Assembly (NCBI GenBank): GCA_039591655.1
Contig: JBDHDE010000001.1
Coordinates: forward strand, 58,031 to 122,030
DNA length: 64,000 nt
Direction of reading: 5' to 3'
Source: Gemmatimonadota bacterium
GTDB taxonomy: Bacteria; Gemmatimonadota; Gemmatimonadetes; Gemmatimonadales; GWC2-71-9
Shown here: positions 46,767 through 56,726 of the stretch, piece after piece
Numbering within the stretch: the stretch's first letter is position 1
Layout of the letters: each line of letters begins with the position of its first letter
Notes under the pieces: model-generated
The model's database searches: none
What the model saw: only the letters and a program-made list of their open reading frames with translations
Told to the model about the DNA's origin: nothing
Position numbers and translations under genes: made by a program

Positions 46767-49394
46767 ATGGCGGACGTCTATCTGTTCGGCAGCGGTAAGG
46801 CGGACGGGCACGCCGGAATGAAGGACGTGCTGGGGGGCAAGGGGGCGAATCTGGCCGAGATGACCAACCTCGGCCTCCCGGTTCCCCCCGGGTTCACCAT
46901 CTCCACCGGGCAGTGTGTTGCGTACCTCGAGCACGGCGAGCTGGCCCCCGGACTGCGGGCCGAGGTCGAGGCCGCCGTGGCGCGCACCGAGGAAGCCATG
47001 GGTAGCCGGTTCGGCGACGCCGACCGCCCGCTCCTGCTGTCCGTCCGCTCCGGCGCCAAGATCTCCATGCCCGGCATGATGGACACGATCCTCAACCTGG
47101 GCCTGAACGACGGCGCCGCCGCGGCCCTGGCGGCGGAGTCCGGCAATCGCCGCTTCGCGTACGACTCGTACCGCCGGCTGATCCAGATGTACGGCAACGT
47201 CGTCTACGGGATCTCGCGAGCCAGCGGCGACCCCTTCGAGCAGGCCCTCGAAGCGGTGAAACACGAGCGGGGCACGGAGCGCGACATCGATCTCGCGGGC
47301 GACGATCTCGCGGCCCTGGTGGGGTCGTTCAAGGCGATCGTGCAGCAGGAAATGGGGCATCCCTTCCCCGACGACCCGTGGGCCCAGCTGTGGGGCGCCA
47401 TCGAGGCCGTGTTCCGCAGCTGGCACGGCCGGCGGGCCCGGGATTACCGGCGGGTGCACCGGATCCCGGACGACCTCGGGACAGCGGTAAACGTGCAGGC
47501 CATGGTGTTCGGCAACGTCAGCGAGGACTCCGGTACCGGGGTGGCGTTCACTCGGGACCCATCCACCGGGGCGCGCTACGTATTTGGCGAGTTCCTGACC
47601 AACGCGCAGGGCGAGGACGTGGTGGCGGGCATCCGCGACCCCGAACCCATCGACCGCATGGCGGACTGGCTGCCGGAGGTGCACCGCGAGTTCGAGGGCT
47701 ACTGCGAGGCGCTGGAGCGGCACTACAAGGACATGCAGGACGTCGAGTTCACGGTGGAGCGCGGCAAGCTCTACATCCTGCAGACCCGCACGGGCAAGCG
47801 GACTGCCAGGGCCGCCGTCCGCACCGCCGTAGACATGGTGGATGAGGAGCTGATCGATCAGGGCACGGCGGTCGCCCGGGTCGACCCGGCCCAATTGGAC
47901 CAGCTGCTTCACCCGGGCGTGGATCCCGACGCCCACCTCGAGGTGCTCACCACCGGGCTGCCCGCCTCCCCCGGCGCCGCAGTGGGCAAGGCCGTGTTCG
48001 ACGCCGACCGGGCCGCCACCCTGGCCGCCGGGGGTGAGGAGGTCATCCTGGTGCGCCGGGAGACGAGCCCCGACGACTTCCACGGGATGGCCGTCGCCCG
48101 CGGCATCCTCACTTCCCGGGGCGGCATGACGAGCCACGCCGCCGTCGTGGCCCGCGGCATGGGCAAATGCTGCGTGGCCGGCGCCAAGGACCTGAACGTG
48201 GACGAAGCCGGCCAGGTCTTCCAGGTCGACGGCACAGCGGTGAAGGAGGGGGACTGGATCACGCTGGACGGCTCCACCGGCCGGGTCATCCTCGGCAAGA
48301 CCGCCCTGGTGGAGCCCACCCTGGGCGAGGACTTCGCGCGCCTCATGCAGTGGGCAGACGGGCTCCGCCGCCTGCGGGTGCGCGCCAATGCGGACACCCC
48401 GCACGATGCAGCCCGGGCCCGGGAGTTCGGCGCCGAGGGGATCGGCCTGTGCCGCACGGAGCACATGTTCTTCGAGGGCGACCGCATTCTCGCCATGCGG
48501 GAGATGATCCTGGCCGCAACCGAGGAGGAGCGGCGCCGCGCCCTGGGCAAGCTCCTGCCGATGCAGCGGGAAGACTTCATCGGGATCTTCCGCGCCATGG
48601 ACGGGTTCCCGGTCACGATCCGGCTGCTGGACCCGCCGCTCCACGAGTTCCTGCCCCGGGAACCGCAGGAGATCGCCGAGCTAGCCCGGGCAACCGGGGT
48701 CGCTCCGGAGGGTCTCAACCGTACGATTGAGGCCCTCGCCGAGTCCAATCCGATGCTGGGGCATCGTGGCTGCCGCCTCGGCATCACCTACCCCGAGATC
48801 ACCGAGATGCAGGCCCGGGCCATTCTGGAGGCCGCCTGCGAGGCCGCTGCGGCCGGCGTGGAGGTCCACCCGGAGATCATGGTCCCGCTGGTGGGCCACG
48901 TGGAGGAGCTCGAGCACCAAGCGGACCTGGTGCGCCGGGTGGCCGAGGAGGTATTTGCCGAGCGTGGCCGCCAGGTGGAGTTCCTGGTGGGCACGATGAT
49001 CGAGGTGCCGCGGGCCTGTGTGACCGCAGACGAGATCGCGCGGCTCGCCGAGTTCTTCTCGTTCGGCACCAACGACCTGACCCAGACCGCCCTGGGGATC
49101 TCCCGGGACGACGCCGGACGGTTCCTGCCGCTGTACCAGGAAGCGGGAATCCTGCAGGACGACCCCTTCCAGACCCTGGATCAGGGGGGGGTCGGCAGAC
49201 TGGTGGAGACAGCGGTGCAGCGCGGCCGGGGCCTCAATCCGGGACTCAAGATCGGGATCTGCGGCGAGCACGGCGGTGACCCCCGGTCAGTGGTGTTCTG
49301 CCACAAAACCGGCCTCAACTACGTGTCGTGCTCCCCCTTCCGTGTGCCCATCGCCCGGCTGGCTGCCGCACAGGCAGCCCTGGGCGACGCCTGA
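46767..49394 (+). CDS. ppdK: Pyruvate, phosphate dikinase
   Basis: Motifs LGGKGANL, SVRSGA, GGMTSHAAVVARG, GLCRTEHMF, SFGTNDL, GICGEHGG. Confidence 0.97.
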   Translation: MADVYLFGSGKADGHAGMKDVLGGKGANLAEMTNLGLPVPPGFTISTGQCVAYLEHGELAPGLRAEVEAAVARTEEAMGSRFGDADRPLLLSVRSGAKISMPGMMDTILNLGLNDGAAAALAAESGNRRFAYDSYRRLIQMYGNVVYGISRASGDPFEQALEAVKHERGTERDIDLAGDDLAALVGSFKAIVQQEMGHPFPDDPWAQLWGAIEAVFRSWHGRRARDYRRVHRIPDDLGTAVNVQAMVFGNVSEDSGTGVAFTRDPSTGARYVFGEFLTNAQGEDVVAGIRDPEPIDRMADWLPEVHREFEGYCEALERHYKDMQDVEFTVERGKLYILQTRTGKRTARAAVRTAVDMVDEELIDQGTAVARVDPAQLDQLLHPGVDPDAHLEVLTTGLPASPGAAVGKAVFDADRAATLAAGGEEVILVRRETSPDDFHGMAVARGILTSRGGMTSHAAVVARGMGKCCVAGAKDLNVDEAGQVFQVDGTAVKEGDWITLDGSTGRVILGKTALVEPTLGEDFARLMQWADGLRRLRVRANADTPHDAARAREFGAEGIGLCRTEHMFFEGDRILAMREMILAATEEERRRALGKLLPMQREDFIGIFRAMDGFPVTIRLLDPPLHEFLPREPQEIAELARATGVAPEGLNRTIEALAESNPMLGHRGCRLGITYPEITEMQARAILEAACEAAAAGVEVHPEIMVPLVGHVEELEHQADLVRRVAEEVFAERGRQVEFLVGTMIEVPRACVTADEIARLAEFFSFGTNDLTQTALGISRDDAGRFLPLYQEAGILQDDPFQTLDQGGVGRLVETAVQRGRGLNPGLKIGICGEHGGDPRSVVFCHKTGLNYVSCSPFRVPIARLAAAQAALGDA

Positions 49395-49672
49395 GGCCGC
49401 CAGCCAGGGGCTCCGGACGCCTGGCAGACACACTGCCGCAGCGGCGGACGTAGAGCACCTGACTGAGTCCGGGGTGCCTGGGCGCCCCGCAGGGCGCTGC
49501 CCGGGCCACGGGTTTTCCACACTAAGGCTGGGGCATCAAGCAGCTTCTAACCGATCTCAAGTATCACCTTCGGTGCCGTCCGTATCATGTTAAAGTGAAT
49601 GCCCTTACATCTGCCGGTATCCGTTCGCACCGGAGCCTCACTTAAGATCTATCCAGGTTTCCACATGAGCGC

Positions 49673-49707
49673 GAAGGCCCGACGGCAACAGCTGCCGCCG
49701 GGCCCTC
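49673..49707 (-). terminator. Strong hairpin immediately downstream of tmRNA
   Basis: GAGGGCCCGGCGGCA-GCUGU-UGCCGUCGGGCCUUC on the minus strand (15 bp with G-U pairs). The U-tail is weak. Confidence 0.55.
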
Positions 49708-49714
49708 TTTGTGA

Positions 49715-50067
49715 TGGAGGCGCGGGGAATCGAACCCCGGTCCGAGCCTCGATCCGAAACCGCTTCTACGTGCGTAGGCCGGGCTTCGTGTCTCTACCGG
49801 CTGGCGCTCGGCCGGCCAAACCGGCAGACGAGCCTCCCTGTAGTCTCACGCGGCCTGGGGAGACGGCAGACCACGCCAGCTCGATTTTCCGATACCCGCG
49901 CGCCGCCTCGAGCGAGCTGCTACACGGGCAGGTGCGTTAAGCAGAGCTTACGCAGCCAAAGCCAAGTCAGTGTTGGCAGTTGTGTGTTCCCAGTGGGTTG
50001 ACCAGGTCACTGGAACCCTGGACACGCAGCGAGATCATCACTAGACCCGTCGAAGCCAGTCGCCCCC
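49715..50067 (-). ncRNA. ssrA: tmRNA; tag peptide (A)ANTDLALAA* encoded at 49977-49948
   Basis: 5' GGGGGCG pairs with 3' CGCCTCC-A, including G3-U70; TTCGAC near the 5' end; T-arm CGGGGTTCGATTCCCCG; tag ending ALAA-TAA; 353 nt. Confidence 0.96.
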
Positions 50068-50083
50068 TTTCCGGTGCTCCCTA

Positions 50084-50112
50084 ATTCTAGCCCAATCCCG
50101 AACCCCTGACAA
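50084..50112 (-). promoter_or_regulatory. ssrA promoter TTGTCA-N17-TAGAAT
   Basis: -35 at 50107-50112, -10 at 50084-50089. Confidence 0.7.
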
Positions 50113-50122
50113 ACGCCAGGGC

Positions 50123-51565
50123 TCAGCGCCGCGAGCGGCTTCCCGTACCTTCGGCTGCCTTCACCCGGTTGCGGCCCGCGGCCTTGGCCTGGTACAGGGC
50201 CGAATCCGCCGCCGTGAAGAGGTTGCCCGGGTCGCTCACGGTCTCGGGGAACGCGCTCACGCCCACCGAACAGGTGAGCTTGAGCTCCTGGCCGGCCCAC
50301 GGGAGCGCGGAGGCCTGCACGGCGGCCCGGATCCGCTCGGCCACCTCGAGGGCCGGGGCCAGCGGCGTGTTGGGCAGCCAGATGGCGAACTCCTCCCCGC
50401 CGATCCGTGCCGCCACATCCCCGTCGCGCAGCGCCCGGCGGAAGATGCGGGCGAGGTGCTTGAGGGCGGCATCCCCCGCAGCGTGGCCGTGGGAGTCGTT
50501 CACGTGCTTGAAGAAGTCCAGGTCGACGCACAGGAGCGCCCCCGCCTCGCCAGGCCCCCAGTCCCGCAAGGCGTGATCCAGGGACCGGCGGTTGGGCAGC
50601 CGGGTGAGCTCGTCGGTCTCCGCCCGGCTCTCCGCCACCCGCACCTGCATGGCATGGGCGAGCCGCGGGCCGGCGTCCACGGCGTAACCGGTGACCCGCT
50701 CCCGCGCCGAGGGTTCCAGGCTCTCGGGTGGTCCGAAGATCACCAGCGCGCCCACCCCCTCGGGACCGTCCCGCAGCGGGAAGGCGATGGCGGGTTCCAC
50801 CCCGCGCCGCCGGTCGGAGCGCTCCGTGCCGAACAACTCGCCGGCCGAGCCGCCGGCCACCGGGATATCACCCGAGCAGGCGCGGCCCACCGCCGAGTCC
50901 GCCGTAACACTGATCCCCAGGAGCCGCCGGTCGGCGGTGTGGGAGACGGCCACCACGGAGGCCTGCGGCACCGATGGATCTCGCACCACCACCGCCGCGG
51001 GGCGCCCCGCGACCGCCCGCACCGACTCGCACAGACCGAAGGCCAGCGCCTCCACCGACTCGGAGCCGGCGGCGATCCAATCAGGCGCCGATGCAATGTC
51101 GCCCAGCGCTCCGAACTCGCGGCGCCGCTCGACCTTGAGCTCGGCCAGGAAGCTGCGCAGGTCTGCGGAGACCGCGTGCACATCCGCCGGACCCGCCGCG
51201 TCGAACGCCAGCACCACGGCGCCACCATGGTGCCCGTCGCCCACGGCGACGATGACGTTGCCCTCCCGCACCACATGTTCCCGACCGTCCATGAGGGAGA
51301 GACGGGCCGTCGCGATGGCCCGGTCGAGCACGGCAGCGGGGGGACGTGTCTCTCCAGTGGCAAGCAGCGGATCGGCGTCCGGCAGCACCAGGCAGGCGGC
51401 GATGGCCCCGTGGGCCCGCCGCAGGAGGTCCACCACGTGAGGTGCGTCGGCTGGGATGAGATCGGGCCCGGCCTGCCGCATGCGGCGGCGCAGCCACCAT
51501 GCCTGGCCGACGGCACCCAGCGCGACGCCCACGATTACACCCAGCAGAAAGAGCCAAATACTCAT
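50123..51565 (-). CDS. Membrane-anchored GAF-like/GGDEF diguanylate cyclase
   Basis: N-terminal TM; motifs DELTRLPNRR, DLDFFKHVNDSHGHAAGD, I-site RDGD, GGEEF. Confidence 0.92.
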   Translation of the reverse strand: MSIWLFLLGVIVGVALGAVGQAWWLRRRMRQAGPDLIPADAPHVVDLLRRAHGAIAACLVLPDADPLLATGETRPPAAVLDRAIATARLSLMDGREHVVREGNVIVAVGDGHHGGAVVLAFDAAGPADVHAVSADLRSFLAELKVERRREFGALGDIASAPDWIAAGSESVEALAFGLCESVRAVAGRPAAVVVRDPSVPQASVVAVSHTADRRLLGISVTADSAVGRACSGDIPVAGGSAGELFGTERSDRRRGVEPAIAFPLRDGPEGVGALVIFGPPESLEPSARERVTGYAVDAGPRLAHAMQVRVAESRAETDELTRLPNRRSLDHALRDWGPGEAGALLCVDLDFFKHVNDSHGHAAGDAALKHLARIFRRALRDGDVAARIGGEEFAIWLPNTPLAPALEVAERIRAAVQASALPWAGQELKLTCSVGVSAFPETVSDPGNLFTAADSALYQAKAAGRNRVKAAEGTGSRSRR

Positions 51566-52320
51566 GACGCCCCGTGGTTGATGCGCGAAGCGGCGACCGC
51601 AGCACCAAAGCCGTTGTCGATGTTCACCACGGCCACCCCAGACGCACAGGAGTTCAGCATCGCCAACAAAGCCGACACCCCTCCGAACGCGGCCCCGTAA
51701 CCCACGCTGGTGGGAACCGCGATCACCGGAACCCGCACCAGGCCACCCACGACGCTGGCCAGCGCCCCGTCCATGCCCGCGACTACAATGACGACCGCGG
51801 CGCCGCTAAGCAACTCGGCGTGCTTCAGCAAGCGGTGGATCCCTGCCACCCCGACATCGGCCAGGACCTGGACCGGGTTCCCCATGGCCCGAGCCACGGC
51901 GGCTGCCTCCTCGGCCACGGGCAGGTCGCTGGTGCCGGCAGTGACCACCAGGACGGTGCCCCGCCCCGTCGCTTGAGGCGGTTGATCCCCCGGCAGGTGC
52001 ACCGTCCGCGCCAACTCGTTGACCTCCGCCCCGGGGTGGCGGGCCGCGAGGGCCTCACGCACCGCTGCATCCGCCCGCGTGGCCAGGAAGGTGCCCGCCG
52101 CCGACGCCAGGGAGTCACAAATGCCGATCACCTGGTCCGTCGTCTTCCCCTCGCACAGCACGACTTCCGGATACCCCTGCGTCAGCGGCCGCAGGTGATC
52201 CACCTGGGCATAAGGGAGTTCTTCGATTGGGAAATGGCGCAGGCGCTCCAGAGCGTCCTCGGGAGTGATGGCGCCCTCCGCGACCTGGAGCAGTAGATCG
52301 GCGATTCGCTCTCTGGTCAC
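51562..52320 (-). CDS. larB: Nickel-pincer cofactor biosynthesis protein LarB (AIR carboxylase-like)
   Basis: Motifs PEVVLCEGKT, AGTSDLPVAEEA, DVGVAGIHRL, PTSVGYG, VVNIDNGFGAA. Confidence 0.92.
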   Translation of the reverse strand: MTRERIADLLLQVAEGAITPEDALERLRHFPIEELPYAQVDHLRPLTQGYPEVVLCEGKTTDQVIGICDSLASAAGTFLATRADAAVREALAARHPGAEVNELARTVHLPGDQPPQATGRGTVLVVTAGTSDLPVAEEAAAVARAMGNPVQVLADVGVAGIHRLLKHAELLSGAAVVIVVAGMDGALASVVGGLVRVPVIAVPTSVGYGAAFGGVSALLAMLNSCASGVAVVNIDNGFGAAVAASRINHGAS

Positions 52321-53300
52321 CCGACGGCCCTAGATGGCGCCAGGTAGGCCTCGAACACGCGCTCGATCTCCGCCATCGACTCGATCTGGTGCAGCCGCTG
52401 CCGCAGGGCCGCCGCACCCGGCAGACCCCGCGTGTACCAGCCGAGGTGCTTGCGGAACTCGATGGCGGTGCGTCGCGTGTCGCCCTGGATCTCCACCTGC
52501 AGGCGGGCGTGGCGCAGCGCAACGGCAAACCGCTCGGCGGCTCCGGGCTCCGGCCGCGGCACGCGGCCCTCGAGGAGAGCCCGGGCCTGCTGAAACAGCC
52601 ACGGGTTGCCGAACGATCCTCGCGCGATCATGATGCCGTCACACGCCGTCTCCTGCCACATCCGAAGCGCGTCTGCGGCCGACCTGATGTCTCCGTTGCC
52701 GATCACCGGAATGTCGAGAGCCGCCTTCACGCGGGCGATCTCCTCCCACGCGGCGCTCCCACCGTACATCTGCGTGCGGGTGCGCGGGTGCAGCGTGAGC
52801 CCCTGCGCGCCGGCGTCCTGACACCGCAGCGCGATCTCCACCGGGTCACGCGTGGCTTCATTCCACCCGCTGCGCGTCTTCACCGTCACGGGAAGGTCCA
52901 CCGCCCCCCTGACGGCGCGGATCATGTCCTGCACCAGTCCCAGGTCCTTGAGGCATCCCGCTCCGCCGTTGCGCTTTACGACCTTCTTCACCGGACACCC
53001 GAAGTTGATGTCGATGAAGTCCGGGGTGTAGTGCTTCATCACCAGCGCGGCGGCGTCCGCCATGGCCGCGGGCTCGGCGCCATACAGCTGGATCCCGATG
53101 GGTCGCTCGTCAGCGGTGAAGTAGGCGCCGTCGTGCACGCTCTTAACACCCCTGCGCAGCCCTTCGGAGGAGAGGAACTCGGAGACCACGACGTCGGCGC
53201 CGAACGACCGACAGAGGCGCCGGAACGGCGGCTCCGAGATCCCCGCCATCGGGGCGAGGAATAGCGGCACTCGATGGCGCACTGGGTACGGAAACGCCAT
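52317..53300 (-). CDS. dusB: tRNA-dihydrouridine synthase DusB
   Basis: Motifs LAPMAG, IDINFGCP, TVKTR.G, LHPRT, IGNGD, GNPWLF. Start ATG 53300. Confidence 0.93.
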   Translation of the reverse strand: MAFPYPVRHRVPLFLAPMAGISEPPFRRLCRSFGADVVVSEFLSSEGLRRGVKSVHDGAYFTADERPIGIQLYGAEPAAMADAAALVMKHYTPDFIDINFGCPVKKVVKRNGGAGCLKDLGLVQDMIRAVRGAVDLPVTVKTRSGWNEATRDPVEIALRCQDAGAQGLTLHPRTRTQMYGGSAAWEEIARVKAALDIPVIGNGDIRSAADALRMWQETACDGIMIARGSFGNPWLFQQARALLEGRVPRPEPGAAERFAVALRHARLQVEIQGDTRRTAIEFRKHLGWYTRGLPGAAALRQRLHQIESMAEIERVFEAYLAPSRAVG

Positions 53301-53310
53301 GGTAGAAGCG

Positions 53311-53339
53311 AACTTAATGGACCTCGGAAGGAGCGGCAA
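53311..53339 (-). promoter_or_regulatory. dusB promoter TTGCCG-N17-TAAGTT
   Basis: -35 at 53334-53339, -10 at 53311-53316; ATG 10 nt downstream with no SD. Confidence 0.55.
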
Positions 53340-53347
53340 CTAGCTGT

Positions 53348-53377
53348 TTGACACGCCGAGCGACGCGCCGTTACGTT
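53348..53377 (+). promoter_or_regulatory. Promoter TTGACA-N18-TACGTT for the PTS IIA gene
   Basis: -35 at 53348-53353, -10 at 53372-53377. Confidence 0.55.
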
Positions 53378-53409
53378 TCGGCCAATTCGTCACAGCGATA
53401 CTCGATACC

Positions 53410-53862
53410 ATGCAACTGAAAGACTTCTTCTCCGCCGACGCCATCACGCTCGGTCTCGAAGGCACGGAGAAAGACGACATCTTGAAGGAGCTCATCGGAC
53501 TGCTCAAGCTCGACGAGAAGTCCGAGGCGATGCTGTACAAGATGCTGAAGCGACGGGAGAATCTCGGCTCCACCGGCATCGGCCGCGGCATCGCCATTCC
53601 GCACTGCCGCTCCCTGGTGGTGAGCCGGCTTCGGGTGGCCTTTGGGCGCAAGCCCGACGGGGTCGACTTCAAGGCGATCGACGACAAGCCGGTGCACAAC
53701 TTCTTCCTCATCGTGGCGCCGCCGCTGGAGGTATCCAACCAGTACCTGCCGGTGCTGGGGAAGATCGCCCAGTTCGCCAAGGAAGCGGACGTGCCGGACC
53801 GGCTGGCTCAGCTGGAGTCGCCCGACGGGTTCCTGGGGCTGCTGGACGAGAAGAACATCTAG
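53410..53862 (+). CDS. PTS EIIA component (fructose/Ntr type, PtsN-like)
   Basis: Motif RENLGSTGIGRGIAIPH with the phospho-His; also F.AIDDKPV. Confidence 0.9.
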   Translation: MQLKDFFSADAITLGLEGTEKDDILKELIGLLKLDEKSEAMLYKMLKRRENLGSTGIGRGIAIPHCRSLVVSRLRVAFGRKPDGVDFKAIDDKPVHNFFLIVAPPLEVSNQYLPVLGKIAQFAKEADVPDRLAQLESPDGFLGLLDEKNI

Positions 53863-53871
53863 GGAGGGGGG

Positions 53872-55431
53872 CTACTCCCACTCGATGGTGGCGGGGGGCT
53901 TCGAGCTCACGTCGTACACCACCCGATTGACCCCCTCCACCTCGTTGATGATCCGGCTCGCCGCCCGGCCCACCACCTCGGGGGGAAACGGGTACCAGTC
54001 GGCCGTCATCCCGTCGGTGCTGGTGACGGCCCGCAGGGCCACCACGTTCTCGTAGGTCCGCGAGTCCCCCATCACGCCCACGGCGCGCACCGGCAGCAGC
54101 ACCGCGAAGGCCTGCCAGATGTCGTCGTACAGCCCGGCCTCCGTGATCTCTTCCAAGTAGATGGCGTCGGCCTGCTGCAGGATGCGCAGGTACTCCGGGG
54201 TCACCGCTCCCAGGATGCGGACGGCGAGTCCCGGCCCGGGGAAGGGATGCCGCCCCACGATCTCCTGCGACAAGCCGAGCTCCCGACCGACCTGGCGCAC
54301 CTCGTCCTTGAACAGCTCCCGCAGGGGCTCAATGAGCTCGAACGGCAGATCGGGACGCAGTCCGCCCACATTGTGATGGGTCTTGATGGTGACAGACGGC
54401 CCACCCCGTGGTGAAATCGACTCGATCACGTCCGGATAGAGGGTACCCTGCACCAGGAACCCCACTTCATCTCCTACGTCCCGGGCGGCCTCCTCGAACA
54501 CGTCGATGAAGGTGTGCCCGATGATACGCCGCTTCTCCTCGGGATCCTCCACGCTCTCGAGCCGGCTGAGGAACTGCCCGCTCGCATCGACCACCCGCAG
54601 GTCCATTCCGAGGTGCCCGCGGAACACCCGCTCGACCTGCTCGCCCTCGTGCAGCCTGAGCAGGCCGTGATCCACGAAGATGCAGGTGAGCTTGTCTCCC
54701 AGGGCCCGGTGCACCAGCACCGCCGCCACGGCGGAGTCGACGCCCCCCGAGAGGCCGCATATGGCCCGGCGCTCGGGGCCGACCGTCTCGCGAATGAGGG
54801 CCACCTGCTCCGCGATGAAGTGACCGGCCGTCCAGTCAGGCTTACAGCGACAGACCTCGAACAGGAAATTGTTGAGGATCTCACCGCCCCGAGGGGTGTG
54901 ATGCACCTCCGGGTGGAACTGCACGCCGTAGAGCCCTCGCCCGGGGAGGGCGAAGGCCGCAATGGGACTGTTGCTGCTGGAGCCCAGCAGGACACCGCCG
55001 TCAGGGACGGCCGTTACCCGGTCTCCGTGGCTCATCCACACCTGGACCCGCTCCCCCGGCGTGAACCCGGCGAGCAGCGTATCGGGGTCCCCCACCTCGA
55101 GCTCGGCCCGGCCGTACTCCCGTTTGCCGGAGGCCTCCACCGTCCCGCCGGCGGCCAGGGCGAGCAGGTACATCCCGTAGCACACCCCCAGGACCGGAGT
55201 CCCCAGCTCGGCGATCCCGTAGTCCAGCCGGGGCGCTCCCTCGTCATACACCGAGCTCGGTCCGCCCGAGAGGATGATCCCCTTGGGCACCCGGTCGGTG
55301 ATCTCATCTAGGGACTCCGGCGGGGGTTGGATCTCGCAGTAGACGTGCGACTCCCGCACCCGTCGGGCAATGAGCTGGGTGTACTGCGAGCCGTAATCGA
55401 GGATGAGGATCCCGTTGGCAAGGCTGGTCAC
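53872..55431 (-). CDS. guaA: GMP synthase (glutamine-hydrolysing)
   Basis: Motifs [53 protein letters not shown]. Start GTG 55431. Confidence 0.97.
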   Translation of the reverse strand: MTSLANGILILDYGSQYTQLIARRVRESHVYCEIQPPPESLDEITDRVPKGIILSGGPSSVYDEGAPRLDYGIAELGTPVLGVCYGMYLLALAAGGTVEASGKREYGRAELEVGDPDTLLAGFTPGERVQVWMSHGDRVTAVPDGGVLLGSSSNSPIAAFALPGRGLYGVQFHPEVHHTPRGGEILNNFLFEVCRCKPDWTAGHFIAEQVALIRETVGPERRAICGLSGGVDSAVAAVLVHRALGDKLTCIFVDHGLLRLHEGEQVERVFRGHLGMDLRVVDASGQFLSRLESVEDPEEKRRIIGHTFIDVFEEAARDVGDEVGFLVQGTLYPDVIESISPRGGPSVTIKTHHNVGGLRPDLPFELIEPLRELFKDEVRQVGRELGLSQEIVGRHPFPGPGLAVRILGAVTPEYLRILQQADAIYLEEITEAGLYDDIWQAFAVLLPVRAVGVMGDSRTYENVVALRAVTSTDGMTADWYPFPPEVVGRAASRIINEVEGVNRVVYDVSSKPPATIEWE

Positions 55432-56726
55432 CGCTCTCCCCTCCAATCCCCGGCGGCCAGATCCTCCATGGTCCGCTCGCCCCGCATCAGGTCGTCCACC
55501 GTCTCCCGCTCCCGAACCACGGCCCACCGGTCGTCCTCCACCAGCACCTCGGCGGGACGGGGCCGTGAGTTGTAGCTCGAGCTCATAGTGAAACCGTACG
55601 CACCGGCGCCCAGGACCGCCAGGAGGGTACCGGGTGCCGCACCGGGCAGATCACGATCCAGCGCCAGGAAGTCGCCGCTCTCACACAGGGGCCCCACCAC
55701 ATCGGCCCGGGCCCTGCCGGAGTCCCTGCCCTGCTCGGCACCGGGCGGCGGCCCGCCGTGCTCCGGGACGGATTGCACGTCGTGGCCGGAGCCGTACAGG
55801 CTGGGCCGCAACAGGTCGTTCATGCCCGCGTCCACGATCACGAAGTCCTTCTCCCCCGCCCGCTTGCGGTAGAGGCACCGCGTCAGCAGCACGCCGGCGT
55901 TGCCCACCAGGAATCGCCCGGGCTCCACCACCAGGGGCAGACCCGTGCTCTCGGCCAGGGGACGGACCGCCTCGGCAAAGGCCTCGGCCGTCAGGGCCGG
56001 CTCGTGGAGATAGCGGATGCCGATCCCCCCGCCCACGTCTACGTGGCGCAGGGTCACGCCCTCCTCGCGGAGCCGAGCCACGAGCCACTGCAGGCGCTCG
56101 GCGCCGGCCCGGTACGGCGCGGCATCCCCGATCTGGGAGCCGATGTGCATCCCTACCCCCACCAACTCCAGGGCGGGCCGCTCCAGCCCCCAGCGCGCCA
56201 GGGGCACGACCTCCTCATGGGGTACGCCGAACTTGCGGTCCTTGTCGCCGGTCTGCGTGTAGGGGTGCGTGGCGGATGGCACGTCCGGATTGACGCGGAT
56301 GCCGAACCGGACCACCACGCCACGCTCCCGTGCCGCCCGCTCGAGCTCCTCCAGCTCGGTGTGCGACTCGACGTTGACGACGCCGACCGCTGCGTCGAGG
56401 GCTTGGGCGAGCTCTGCCGCTGTCTTGCCCACGCCGCTGAACACCACGTCACCCGGGGTGAAGCCCGCTCGCAAGACCCGCCTCAGCTCACCGCCCGACA
56501 CGATGTCGGCCCCGGCCCCGAGGCGGCGCAGCAGGCCCAGGACGGCCAGGTTGCTGTTGGCCTTGACGGAGTAGTAGATGCGATGGGGAGCCGGCTCCAG
56601 CGCCTGGCCGAGGACCTCATACTGCCGCCGGATTTCCACGGCGTCGTAGACGTACACCGGCGTCCCGACGCTGCGGGCGATCGCCTGGGCGAGCGCCGGG
56701 CGCTCCGTCAGTAGGCGCGCGCCCAC
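55428..56726 (-). CDS. lysA: Diaminopimelate decarboxylase
   Basis: Motifs [47 protein letters not shown]. Start GTG 56726 inferred. Confidence 0.94.
   Translation of the reverse strand: MGARLLTERPALAQAIARSVGTPVYVYDAVEIRRQYEVLGQALEPAPHRIYYSVKANSNLAVLGLLRRLGAGADIVSGGELRRVLRAGFTPGDVVFSGVGKTAAELAQALDAAVGVVNVESHTELEELERAARERGVVVRFGIRVNPDVPSATHPYTQTGDKDRKFGVPHEEVVPLARWGLERPALELVGVGMHIGSQIGDAAPYRAGAERLQWLVARLREEGVTLRHVDVGGGIGIRYLHEPALTAEAFAEAVRPLAESTGLPLVVEPGRFLVGNAGVLLTRCLYRKRAGEKDFVIVDAGMNDLLRPSLYGSGHDVQSVPEHGGPPPGAEQGRDSGRARADVVGPLCESGDFLALDRDLPGAAPGTLLAVLGAGAYGFTMSSSYNSRPRPAEVLVEDDRWAVVRERETVDDLMRGERTMEDLAAGDWRGER

Noticed and set aside
49568..49595. dif-like site (TCATGTTAAAG resembles the XerD arm TTATGTTAAAT)
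   Set aside because: The XerC arm does not match (no ATAA before the central hexamer), so it is only a half-site resemblance.
49395..49740. Genomic island integrated at ssrA
   Set aside because: No integrase and no duplicated ssrA 3' end were seen; the housekeeping gene ppdK lies about 320 nt away.
49715..49745. Stand-alone tRNA gene
   Set aside because: The T-arm and acceptor sequence is the 3' end of tmRNA; there is no anticodon arm.
56708..56726. 19-nt proS/lysA overlap as a frameshift or fusion
   Set aside because: Both proteins are complete; this is an ordinary overlapping start.
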